From: Rhodothermales bacterium
Lineage (GTDB): Bacteria > Bacteroidota > Rhodothermia > Rhodothermales > JABDKH01
Length of the DNA stretch: 64,000 nt
Assembly: GCA_965224105.1 (NCBI GenBank)
Contig: CBDCYH010000002.1
Location: 2,028,930-2,092,929, forward strand
Direction: 5' to 3'
The position numbers and the translations under genes are program-made. How positions within the stretch are numbered: position 1 is the first letter of the stretch; every line of letters starts with the position of its first letter. This document shows, in pieces, positions 1 through 8,324 of the stretch. The notes beneath the pieces were generated by a model. The model had not been told where the DNA came from, did not search any database, and saw only the letters and a program-made list of their open reading frames with translations.

Positions 1-137
1 CCACGGGCATGCGCTGAGATCAACAACTGGTTAAGCTGCTCCACCTGGTGCCTGACCTCCTTCGCCATCAGGTAATCCTGATCACGCAAAAGGTAGTTAA
101 CCACTTCGTCAATTTTTTCGGGTGCTGGATCGTCCAT
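1..137 (-). CDS. Hypothetical protein, 5' part only (runs off window start)
   Basis: ATG at 137-135, open frame MDDPAPEKIDEVVNYLLRDQDYLMAKEVRHQVEQLNQLLISAHAR to the window edge; co-oriented with the upstream amidohydrolase. Confidence 0.55.
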   Translation of the reverse strand, partial: MDDPAPEKIDEVVNYLLRDQDYLMAKEVRHQVEQLNQLLISAHAR

Positions 138-203
138 GGGGGATCCTCAGGGATAATGCTTCTCCTACAGATGACTATACGTTAGAATCTCCCGGTTTTG
201 TTC

Positions 204-1814
204 TCATTGGTCATTGGTCACAGGCATAGGCCCTGCTGGAATCCCATTCTCCACCTTCGATTTCCGGACTATCTCGCGAACATCGGACAGAAGCTTTCGA
301 GCATCGAAAACAATTCCGTCCTTGATCGTCCACTTTACTCCACCGACTCTCTCTACAAGCCCATTCTCGTCGTTTAGCTTTATCGCGCCAGTTCCGTAGA
401 GCGTTTTCAGATTTCGAATCGGATTCTCTTCGAGGACAATCATATCAGCAAATTTGCCCACCTCGAGGCTCCCGATTTGCTTATCCATGCCGATTGCCTC
501 GGCTCCCTTAAGCGTTGCCGACCATATGACTTCAAGAGGATGAAACCCGGCCTCTCGCAATAACTCTAGCTCGCGGATGTAACCGAATCCATATGTTTTG
601 TAGATGTACCCCGAGTCGCTTCCCGTCGTTACCCGACCACCGCGATTCTTGTATTCATTTATAAATTGCATCCACAACTGGAAATTTCTTTTCCAGGCGA
701 TCTCTTCCTCCGTGCCCCAGTCGAACCAGTACGATCCGTGTGCCCTGCGACTAGGCCTAAAGAACTCCCACAGCGAGGGTAGTGTGTATTCGTCGTGCCA
801 CTCAGCCCTGGCTTCACGCATAAAGTCACGGCTTGCCTCGTAGATGGTAAATGTTGGGTCGATTGTAAAGTCGAGTGCAATCAGCGAGTCCATTACCGCG
901 TTCCACCGTTCACTTCCGGGAGGAGCAGCTTGCGCCCAGAGTTTACCAGCCTCGCCAAATCGGTGCTGTTCGTTATTGTAGTTGTAATCTAGCGGATAGT
1001 CCTGTACCCGCCGATCGGTGAAAAGCGCTTCCGGCAAACCATACCAGTGTTCCATTGTGGTTAGGCCAGCAGATGCGGTGTTGAGCACATTCATTCGAGT
1101 AACGTGAAGTTGCGCGTGGTGCATCGCCGAGCGCAAACCCTGTTTTCCAGCTTCGTCCAGTGCCGCCGTAAGTATGTCCGGTCGGGCTCCAAAAAACTTG
1201 ATACCGTTGGCTCCCTCCGCCTTTATGTGGCGAACCCACTCCCGTGCGGCTTCCGGTGTAGTGATCTGACCCCTATCCCAGTTCGATCCAAAGCTTAGAT
1301 AAAACTGAATCCTCGGTGCGGTGATGTCATTTCGCTCGCTCTTGGATTGATGATCCAGCGCCCATGCAAGTCCGTTGCCACTGCCCGGATCCCGAATCGT
1401 GGTAATCCCATGACCCAGCCAGAGCTTGAACACGTACTCAGCGGGTGTGCCTTGGGACGTCCCGCCCATATGCCCATGCATGTCAACAAAGCCCGGCAGG
1501 ACGTACATACCATGTGCATCAACCTCGAAATCACCCTTGGCCGGGCGGCGCTGCTCGTTTATCTCTACGCCCGGGTATCCAACGCTGCGGATTTGGGCAA
1601 TCCGATTATTCTCGACCACGATGTCGACGGGGCCCCGAGGGGGTGCTCCAGTACCATCGATAATGGTTGCGCCCCGGATGATCAGACGGTCAAAAGGACC
1701 TTCGCCTTCCGTTCGTGGAGGTGCTTCCGGGATCTGACCGGAAGACGTCTCTGGAAGTCCGATCAGAACAACAGCGAACAATAGCGCCCACAGTGTTTTT
1801 TTCTGATGAATCAT
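204..1814 (-). CDS. Secreted amidohydrolase family protein (metal-dependent hydrolase, TIM barrel)
   Basis: Signal peptide from ATG 1814 (MIHQKKTLWALL...); GATIIDGTG beta-sandwich start, DMHGH metal motif, TGSDSG, GSLEVGKFADMIVL tail. ORF track extends to 1880. Confidence 0.85.
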   Translation of the reverse strand: MIHQKKTLWALLFAVVLIGLPETSSGQIPEAPPRTEGEGPFDRLIIRGATIIDGTGAPPRGPVDIVVENNRIAQIRSVGYPGVEINEQRRPAKGDFEVDAHGMYVLPGFVDMHGHMGGTSQGTPAEYVFKLWLGHGITTIRDPGSGNGLAWALDHQSKSERNDITAPRIQFYLSFGSNWDRGQITTPEAAREWVRHIKAEGANGIKFFGARPDILTAALDEAGKQGLRSAMHHAQLHVTRMNVLNTASAGLTTMEHWYGLPEALFTDRRVQDYPLDYNYNNEQHRFGEAGKLWAQAAPPGSERWNAVMDSLIALDFTIDPTFTIYEASRDFMREARAEWHDEYTLPSLWEFFRPSRRAHGSYWFDWGTEEEIAWKRNFQLWMQFINEYKNRGGRVTTGSDSGYIYKTYGFGYIRELELLREAGFHPLEVIWSATLKGAEAIGMDKQIGSLEVGKFADMIVLEENPIRNLKTLYGTGAIKLNDENGLVERVGGVKWTIKDGIVFDARKLLSDVREIVRKSKVENGIPAGPMPVTNDQ

Positions 1815-1872
1815 GGAATATGGCAGATTAATTCGACTAAGGATCGAATTGTTAAGGTACGTGCAGAAATAC

Positions 1873-1899
1873 TGTAACAATAAAGCACTCCTCCCGTTA
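1873..1899 (+). promoter_or_regulatory. Candidate ECF-sigma promoter TGTAAC-N16-CGTT
   Basis: TGTAACAA at 1873-1880 and CGTT at 1895-1898, 38 nt before ATG 1937; same pattern at 5998 and 55865. Confidence 0.5.
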
Positions 1900-1936
1900 G
1901 CGTAGAGAATCTGTGAATCCCTAATGAGAACCTGCC

Positions 1937-3088
1937 ATGTGGATTTTTACCAAAATTCTAGGCGTTGGTACAATTGCTCTAGGAGTAGCCATCGTCGGAT
2001 CGTCGATCATCTCGGCCATCACCCCTAAACATGACCATCACGACGTAGCAGAAATTGCTCTCGTTGAAGAAGCCATAGAAAGTCACATTCACGAAGTGCA
2101 GCGCTCGGTTGAGCGCCACCTGGATAATGTCGCAGAGCACATTGAGGTAATCGTTGATGAGGCTGACTATTCATACGCCGACGACACCATCAGAAAGACT
2201 TTTGATGTTTCGGAAGGAGGAGTCTTGACCATTGATACCGACCTGGGAGCGATCGATGTCGTTTCCGGCAATTCCGATCAGGTAGAAATCGTGATCGAAC
2301 GCGTTGCTAAAAGCAGTCGCGGCAAGGAGAATATGGAAAAGCTTGAGTTTTCGTTCGATCAGGACGGCGGTTCCGTTGGAGTTTTTGGAAAGTGGACCGG
2401 AGCAAAGCAGCGCAATTGGAGGGGACGTGATCTGAAAGTCAAGATCACCGCAAACGTACCAACCAACTACAACCTGGATGCAAAGACATCCGGTGGCTCG
2501 ATAGCGGTCGCAGATTTGAATGGGAATGTGAACATCAACACGTCGGGTGGAAGCTTGAAGCTTGGAAATATCACGGGCGCAGTGAAAGGGCGGACCTCTG
2601 GCGGCAGTATTACTTTGCTCGGCGGTGGTGGAAGCGCAGATCTGGTAACCTCTGGCGGAAGCATTACGCTCGGTGAAGTGAACGGCGAGGTGAGCGCAAA
2701 TACGTCGGGTGGTTCAATCAAGATTGACAGAGCGCGTGGCTCGGTTGATGCATCAACATCAGGCGGCAGCGTAATCGTAAACGAAGTAATGGGTGCACTG
2801 AACGCGTCAACATCTGGTGGATCTATTAGAGCGACAATAACCGAACAGCCAGCTGAAAACTGTAGCTTGACCACATCCGGTGGGTCCGTACATGTAAAGG
2901 TTGCCTCGGATGTGAAGTTTGATATCGACGCAAAGACCTCCAGCGGTTCCAGACTCCGAACCGACTTCGATATTCTTGTTGAAGGCGGCTCGCTGAAAAA
3001 GAATGCTGTACGCGGAAGCGTAAACGGCGGAGGTCCAACTCTCTACCTGAGAACTTCCGGTGGTGGAATATCAGTCAACCAGATTTAG
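1937..3088 (+). CDS. DUF4097-type beta-strand-repeat (adhesin-like) protein with N-terminal membrane anchor
   Basis: Repeated TSGGSI/TSGGSL units, hydrophobic N-terminal segment, C-terminal LRTSGGGISV. Confidence 0.85.
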   Translation: MWIFTKILGVGTIALGVAIVGSSIISAITPKHDHHDVAEIALVEEAIESHIHEVQRSVERHLDNVAEHIEVIVDEADYSYADDTIRKTFDVSEGGVLTIDTDLGAIDVVSGNSDQVEIVIERVAKSSRGKENMEKLEFSFDQDGGSVGVFGKWTGAKQRNWRGRDLKVKITANVPTNYNLDAKTSGGSIAVADLNGNVNINTSGGSLKLGNITGAVKGRTSGGSITLLGGGGSADLVTSGGSITLGEVNGEVSANTSGGSIKIDRARGSVDASTSGGSVIVNEVMGALNASTSGGSIRATITEQPAENCSLTTSGGSVHVKVASDVKFDIDAKTSSGSRLRTDFDILVEGGSLKKNAVRGSVNGGGPTLYLRTSGGGISVNQI

Positions 3089-3113
3089 GTTATCGTAGAC
3101 TGATGGTCTTGCA

Positions 3114-3147
3114 GGGAGGATACGTTTCGTGTCCTCCCTTTCTTTTT
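3114..3147 (+). terminator. Intrinsic terminator
   Basis: GGGAGGA (3114-3120)/TCCTCCC (3132-3138) stem followed by TTTCTTTTT, between convergent genes. Confidence 0.75.
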
Positions 3148-3159
3148 GTGCCGGTTGCA

Positions 3160-3942
3160 CTAGTCCTGATTAAATCGCGGCTTGCGCTTTTCCAGAAATG
3201 CCTGAAAGGCTTCCTTCGCGTCAGAGGACTGAAGTCTCGCGACAAAGTTTTTGGTTTCCGTTTGCAGTGCCATGGCGAGCACATCTTTCGTGTGTGATCG
3301 GAGCAGTTCTTTGGTAAGGACCAAAGACGCTGAAGGTTTTGCGGCCAGGTCCGCCGCGATGGCAACTGCTCGTGAAACAGCCTGACCTGGTTCAGCGATC
3401 TCGTAAAGTAAACCCATCTGCATCGCATCCTCCGCTCCAAATCTGTCGCCCGTCAAGAGCAAACCAGCAGCGCGATGGTAACCTAGCCAGTGCGGTAACA
3501 GGTAACTGGATCCGGCTTCCGGACAAAGGCCAAGATCGACGAATGGCAGCTGGAATACTGCGGTCTCATCAGCAACAAGAAGATCGCAGTGTAGCAGCAT
3601 GGTTGTACCGATCCCTACAGCCGGGCCTGCAATTCCGGCAACAACAGGTTTGCTGCAGCCAATGAGCGCATTCAGAAAGTTGTATACCGGGCTGCTTTCC
3701 CCGGTTGGGGGATGCGCAAGGAAATCTTTCAAATCGTTTCCTGCGGTGAAGCAGACATCAGATCCGTGGATGACGTGCACCCTCACATCGGGGTTCGAAT
3801 CGGCGACAACCAAGGCGTCGCCCATTTTCGAATACATCGAGTCGGTTAGTGCATTCTTTTTGGCCGGGCGACTAATTTGTAACACATGTACTGCTTGATC
3901 CACCGAAGAATGGATGGAGTGCTCTATTTGTGGGGTACTCAT
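3160..3942 (-). CDS. Enoyl-CoA hydratase/isomerase family protein
   Basis: RPAKKNAL, FTAGNDL, GPAVGIG and LGLCPEAG crotonase-fold motifs. Confidence 0.9.
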   Translation of the reverse strand: MSTPQIEHSIHSSVDQAVHVLQISRPAKKNALTDSMYSKMGDALVVADSNPDVRVHVIHGSDVCFTAGNDLKDFLAHPPTGESSPVYNFLNALIGCSKPVVAGIAGPAVGIGTTMLLHCDLLVADETAVFQLPFVDLGLCPEAGSSYLLPHWLGYHRAAGLLLTGDRFGAEDAMQMGLLYEIAEPGQAVSRAVAIAADLAAKPSASLVLTKELLRSHTKDVLAMALQTETKNFVARLQSSDAKEAFQAFLEKRKPRFNQD

Positions 3943-4037
3943 TTTGGGATGAAACGTATAGTCGTATCGTTAATAGAAGGGGGCAGCTATATTTGCATTC
4001 GCAAGAACTCGTGCGACGAACCCATCAGTATATTATA

Positions 4038-5597
4038 ATGAAATACGCTCTTGCGGTACTTTCCGCCTTTCTGGGAATCTGTCTTCCAACCACTGCCACC
4101 GGCCAATCCATTACCGGAGGCACCGTTGCGTGCACAGGAGGAGCTGCCGCAGGATATCCCTGTCAAAACGTCGACCTGATCGCATATCTCAATCTCACTG
4201 ATCTGGGCGCGTCGGGCGCGGATTTGAACGACGTTTGGGGGTGGACCGATGGACAAACCGGAAATGAATACGCGTTGGTCGGCCGGACGAACGGAGTGTC
4301 TATCGTTGATATCACCAATCCAGAACTCCCTGTCCTTATCGGGGATCTGCCCATGTCTCCCGGTACGACACCCAATGCGTGGCGGGACTTCAAGGTCTAC
4401 CGAGACCATATGTACGTAGTCGCGGACAATGTTGGCAATCACGGCATGCAAGTCCTTGACCTAACACAGGTCCGCAATGTGACATCGCCGCCTGTGACGT
4501 TTACAGCAACTGCCATCTATACGCAAATAGGGAGTGCGCACAATATTGCCATCAACGAGGCAAGCGGTTTTGCTTATATAGTTGGGACTTCTTCCGGCGC
4601 CAATACCTGCGGAGGAGGGTTGCACATGGTTGACATCCGCACGCCAGATAGTCCACAGTTTGCAGGGTGTTTCAGCGATCCAAACACGCCAAGGACCTTG
4701 GGCTCGGGGGCGGGATACACACACGATGTTCAATGCGTAATCTATCGAGGGCCTGACACAGAGCATGTTGGTAAAGAAATCTGTATTGGTTCAAACGAAT
4801 CAGGAATTAGTGTTGCTGATGTGACGAACAAGACCGCTCCGGTATCTCTCGGCGTCGGCATCATTCCTAACGCCTCGTACATCCATCAAGGCTGGTTAAC
4901 GGACGACCATCGATATAGTTATCAGAATGATGAGTTGAACGAGGTTCAGTCGGCGACGGTCATTAATACTACGACACATGTGTTTGATCTTGCCGACCTC
5001 GACGATCCGCAGTTGGCAAACACCTTTGACGGATCCACGACAGCGATCGATCACAACCTCTATGTCGTCGGGGACTATATGCTTCAGACGAATTACCTGG
5101 CGGGTTTCAGGGTGTGGGATATTGCCGACAGGGTAAACCCAACGGAGATCGGATATTTTGACATTGCTCCGTCCAATGACTCGCCGTCATTTGGTGGAGC
5201 CTGGAGCAGCTATCCGTTTTTCAAATCAGGAGTCGTTCCGGTTACGGCAGACGGGGACGCGGGATCGATCGCTGGATTGTATTTGCTTCGTGCATCTACG
5301 ACTAACCTAACGGCCGACCAGCCTCGCGCTGGTTCGCATGGCATCACTATCGACGCTTTCCCGAACCCGGCAACCGTCGCGTTGACAATCGAACTTTCAG
5401 CCAACGCCGCTTCCACTATTAGCGTTGACGTTGTGGATATTCTTGGTCGCGCAGTTAGAGGAGTTTCGGTCTACTCTGTCGGAACTGCTGGTAAGGTGTC
5501 GCAGGATATCGATACTGGAGATTGGCCGGCGGGCGTGTATTTGATCCGGGTGTCGACAGATTCGGGAATGGTTGTGGAAACGATAGTTGTGGACTGA
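4038..5597 (+). CDS. Choice-of-anchor B (LVIVD-repeat) secreted protein with T9SS C-terminal sorting domain
   Basis: Signal peptide from ATG 4038; LNDVWGWTD, WRDFKVY, SAHNI, YTHDVQC, YIHQGWLT, DHNLYV and GAWSSYPFF motifs; C-terminal AFPNPA...DILGR...PAGVYLIRV. Confidence 0.85.
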   Translation: MKYALAVLSAFLGICLPTTATGQSITGGTVACTGGAAAGYPCQNVDLIAYLNLTDLGASGADLNDVWGWTDGQTGNEYALVGRTNGVSIVDITNPELPVLIGDLPMSPGTTPNAWRDFKVYRDHMYVVADNVGNHGMQVLDLTQVRNVTSPPVTFTATAIYTQIGSAHNIAINEASGFAYIVGTSSGANTCGGGLHMVDIRTPDSPQFAGCFSDPNTPRTLGSGAGYTHDVQCVIYRGPDTEHVGKEICIGSNESGISVADVTNKTAPVSLGVGIIPNASYIHQGWLTDDHRYSYQNDELNEVQSATVINTTTHVFDLADLDDPQLANTFDGSTTAIDHNLYVVGDYMLQTNYLAGFRVWDIADRVNPTEIGYFDIAPSNDSPSFGGAWSSYPFFKSGVVPVTADGDAGSIAGLYLLRASTTNLTADQPRAGSHGITIDAFPNPATVALTIELSANAASTISVDVVDILGRAVRGVSVYSVGTAGKVSQDIDTGDWPAGVYLIRVSTDSGMVVETIVVD

Positions 5598-5617
5598 TCG
5601 AACTCCCGAAAACAGTA

Positions 5618-5760
5618 AAGCCTGAGTCCCCTAAAACTCAGGCTTCGGTCTTACCGGTTTCCCAGGCCGGTGAAGACGATAAGCAAAGAATTGCTTTTGA
5701 TGTGCATCCAAGAGAAGACGGATGCGTATTTGGTTTTTAGGTTTGGCGTTGAAAAAAACT
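5618..5760 (-). ncRNA. Candidate structured small RNA, copy A
   Basis: Hairpins at 5618-5645, 5648-5677 and 5681-5696, plus conserved AAGACGG (5715-5721) and TTTTTAGGTT (5734-5743); repeated about 170 nt downstream. Confidence 0.55.
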
Positions 5761-5777
5761 GCCAGTGAAGTTGCAGC

Positions 5778-5930
5778 AAAAAAATAAGCCCGAGTTCCCC
5801 TAAAAACTCGGGCTTGGTCCATACCGGTTTCCCAGGCCGGCAAGACAATAAGCAAAGAATTGCTTTGTGATGTGCACAGATACATAAGACGGACGGCTTA
5901 AGAATTTTTAGGTTAGAGAGCTCAAAATTC
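5778..5930 (-). ncRNA. Candidate structured small RNA, copy B
   Basis: Hairpins at 5786-5815, 5817-5846 and 5850-5865; A7 tract at 5778-5784 (U-tract on minus); compensatory and G-U changes relative to copy A; promoter directly upstream. Confidence 0.6.
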
Positions 5931-5934
5931 GCAG

Positions 5935-5962
5935 ATAATACCCTGTAGGGCCTCAATATCAA
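5935..5962 (-). promoter_or_regulatory. Sigma70-like promoter TTGATA-N16-TATTAT
   Basis: Minus strand -35 TTGATA (5962-5957) and -10 TATTAT (5940-5935); predicted start near 5929, at the 5' end of copy B. Confidence 0.55.
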
Positions 5963-5997
5963 CGATTTCATCTTGAAATGAGTGTACGACCCACACT

Positions 5998-6023
5998 GGT
6001 AACAAGAAGTCTTTTCCAGCGTA
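5998..6023 (+). promoter_or_regulatory. Candidate ECF-sigma promoter GGTAAC-N16-CGTA
   Basis: GGTAACAA at 5998-6005 and CGTA at 6020-6023, upstream of ATG 6067. Confidence 0.45.
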
Positions 6024-6066
6024 GGAAGAAGCCAAGTCATTTTTTCGGCAACCCCATTCTAAGAAC

Positions 6067-6780
6067 ATGAAAAAAATATTATTGGTAGTGACATCTTGCC
6101 TAATCGGCTTTGGCGCAAGCGCTCAGGACCTGATGACAGACGCAAGAGCAGTTGTTACTGCTGCATATGAAGCGACGGGAGGAGAAGCCTGGCGGGACAT
6201 ATCGTCGATGGTTACGACAAACGAATTGTCGATCGAAACTCCGCAGGGCGAGCTCGCAGGTACCGCTACGCTAACCATGCGTTATCCTGGATTCCTTCAC
6301 GCGGTGATGGACCTCGCCTTCGAGGATCCGATGGCTCCTGCAATCGGAGAGATGATTCAGTTCATTTCACCCGACACCGCTTACATGAAAATGGCACAGG
6401 GAACCGAGCCTTTGCCTAAGGGCACCGGCCCAGATTATCCGTCTCGGGAGTTGGAGCTTCTTGAAAAAGAGGACGCATCGTTTTCAATGACCGTTGAAGA
6501 CATCGAAGGAGCCAAGAAGTATGTCGTGACGGTTGCTTCGGGAGAAGAAAGTGCAGACACGGTTGTGGTTCAATACGATACGGAGACTTTGCTGCGCGAA
6601 AGAAGCGTTGACAATTCGCAGGGCGTCGAGCTAACGACAACGTATTCCGACTATCGAACCGTTGAGGGCAAGACGATAGCGCACAAGGTGCGACGAACCG
6701 GAGGTGGTGGACCTCAAACCATCCGTACAAAGACGGTCGTCTTTAACAAAGATGTGGATGCTGTCTTTGCGGAGATGTAG
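6067..6780 (+). CDS. Secreted hypothetical protein, possibly LolA-like fold
   Basis: Signal peptide (MKKILL...ASA|Q), AYEATGGEAW start, C-terminal YSDYRTVEGKTIAHK typical of lipoprotein-sorting-like beta proteins (fold is inference). Confidence 0.65.
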   Translation: MKKILLVVTSCLIGFGASAQDLMTDARAVVTAAYEATGGEAWRDISSMVTTNELSIETPQGELAGTATLTMRYPGFLHAVMDLAFEDPMAPAIGEMIQFISPDTAYMKMAQGTEPLPKGTGPDYPSRELELLEKEDASFSMTVEDIEGAKKYVVTVASGEESADTVVVQYDTETLLRERSVDNSQGVELTTTYSDYRTVEGKTIAHKVRRTGGGGPQTIRTKTVVFNKDVDAVFAEM

Positions 6781-6806
6781 TCTGTCGACTTACCTGACTA
6801 AATAGA

Positions 6807-6848
6807 AAAGGCGCCGTCGGAATTGTCCAGCGGCGCCTTTGCTTTTTT
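6807..6848. terminator. Bidirectional intrinsic terminator
   Basis: AAAGGCGCCG (6807-6816)/CGGCGCCTTT (6831-6840) with A- and T-rich flanks between convergent genes. Confidence 0.8.
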
Positions 6849-6861
6849 GCCTCGCGGCTTA

Positions 6862-8079
6862 TTACTTGCGTGTAACCTGTAAGTCGGTTCTACGATTTTG
6901 TCGCCTGCCTTCTGCTGTGTCGTTGGTCGCGAGTGGCATGTCAGAACCATATCCCATGGCTGTTAGTCGATCTGCACTTATTCCTTTGGAGATCAGATAC
7001 TCCATGACCACATTCGCTCTTTGTTGCGACAGTTCTTTGTTTGCCGCATAGTCTCCCGTGTTGTCCGTATGACCCTGGAGCTCCAGAGAGATGGAAGTAT
7101 ACGCGTTTAGGATCTTGACCACATTATCAAGCTGGTCCATGGAACCTTCCCTCAGCGTAGCACTGTCGGTTTCGAACTTAACCCGATCGAGGGTAAACGT
7201 TCGCGTCAGCTCCCCGCCGCCCTTAAGGAAATCAATAAACCCGGCCAGCACTCCGCCTTCCGGGAGGCCGAGGTCCTGCCAGGTCGGCGCGTTTTCAAAG
7301 TCGAACATACTCGCAACAGCACCTGCTGCGTCTGATATGGCTTCACCGGTGGCATCGACAGCTGCGCCAGCCGCATCACCAACGGCACTTGCAGCGTCGC
7401 CGGCAGCATCAACAGCTGTGGTCGCGGCTTCGCCGACAGTCTCAGCCGCATCTCCAATACATCCACGGAGAGCCCATAGAAGGAGCAATAACAGCAGCAA
7501 TGGGATCAACCACCAAAGCCATCTCATTCCGGTTGATGCAGCACCCGCTATCGCGTCTCCGGCGTCATCTGCCAGGTTGGCGGCTGTCCGTCCTGCAGCT
7601 GCACCGGCATCTTTCACGGTGTCTACTGCCGATTCTACCGCATCTCCAACTGCATCGGCGGCCGCACCAACTGCACCACCCACTGCGCCTGCGGCTGCAG
7701 CAAGGGTACCAGAAATGTTACTGAAATCCAGACCCTGCAGCCATGCAATGGATCGGTCCATATCGGCGGCATTGGCGAAGTAGCGACTACGAGCAACCTC
7801 CTTCATGTTGCCGGCGCGGATGATGAAGTATGGCTGGCCATCATTCGTGATGCGCTCGTAGCGGTCGGGTTTAACTGCGTTCGTCGTTACACTGGCAATT
7901 CCCGTATCACGAGCCTGAACGGTTGAATACGCCTGGCTGTACAAAAGAGCGTTTCCCTCCATATCATTTACATGGAAGTAATGCTGTTTGCCAGCCTCGT
8001 CTGTAAAGGACTCAAAACCGGGACGCCCCGATTTTGACCGTCTTGAGAAATCGTACTCGTTGGCGTCTGAACTTGACAT
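6862..8079 (-). CDS. OmpA-like peptidoglycan-binding protein with N-terminal DUF1508/YegP-like repeats and an internal TM helix
   Basis: N-terminal HYFHV..GNALLYSQAYST..RDTGIASV and PYFIIRAGN.KEVARS repeats; WWLIPLLLLLLLLW TM; C-terminal LQGHTDNTG...NKELSQQRA..V and NRRTD. Confidence 0.8.
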   Translation of the reverse strand: MSSSDANEYDFSRRSKSGRPGFESFTDEAGKQHYFHVNDMEGNALLYSQAYSTVQARDTGIASVTTNAVKPDRYERITNDGQPYFIIRAGNMKEVARSRYFANAADMDRSIAWLQGLDFSNISGTLAAAAGAVGGAVGAAADAVGDAVESAVDTVKDAGAAAGRTAANLADDAGDAIAGAASTGMRWLWWLIPLLLLLLLLWALRGCIGDAAETVGEAATTAVDAAGDAASAVGDAAGAAVDATGEAISDAAGAVASMFDFENAPTWQDLGLPEGGVLAGFIDFLKGGGELTRTFTLDRVKFETDSATLREGSMDQLDNVVKILNAYTSISLELQGHTDNTGDYAANKELSQQRANVVMEYLISKGISADRLTAMGYGSDMPLATNDTAEGRRQNRRTDLQVTRK

Positions 8080-8324
8080 TTTCTAATACTATTGATGGAC
8101 TAATGTGTGGGGACCCCAAGATACAAACTCAACTCCCATTACAATGACGCAAGTGGATTTCAAATTCTTCAGACTTTAATCTATGCGTTTGTAATATAAT
8201 TGGATACGTATAATGTCAGGCGTCGATTTCTGAGTAGCGCTGATGGGCCCATTTGCCAGGAATCACTGATTAGAAAGTCATTCAAGTTTTATCTTGAGTC
8301 ATTCTATACGGAAGACTAACGGTA

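Noticed and set aside
2480-3065. DNA-level imperfect repeats (TSGGS codons), also the Ala-rich repeats at 7300-7720 and Gly-rich run at 59400-59545
   Set aside because: Explained by protein repeats in the DUF4097, OmpA-like and TPM genes.
5618-5930. CRISPR array or riboswitch interpretation of the tandem repeat
   Set aside because: Only two long units with no repeat-spacer pattern and no cas genes; no downstream gene in the transcribed orientation and no aptamer consensus that I recognise.
5631-6040. ORFs 5651-6040(-), 5631-5885(-) and 5522-5740(+), and short peptides such as MHIKSNSLLIVFTGLGNR in the repeat
   Set aside because: Reading frames are not conserved between the two repeat copies (offsetting indels), while RNA stems are; treated as non-coding.
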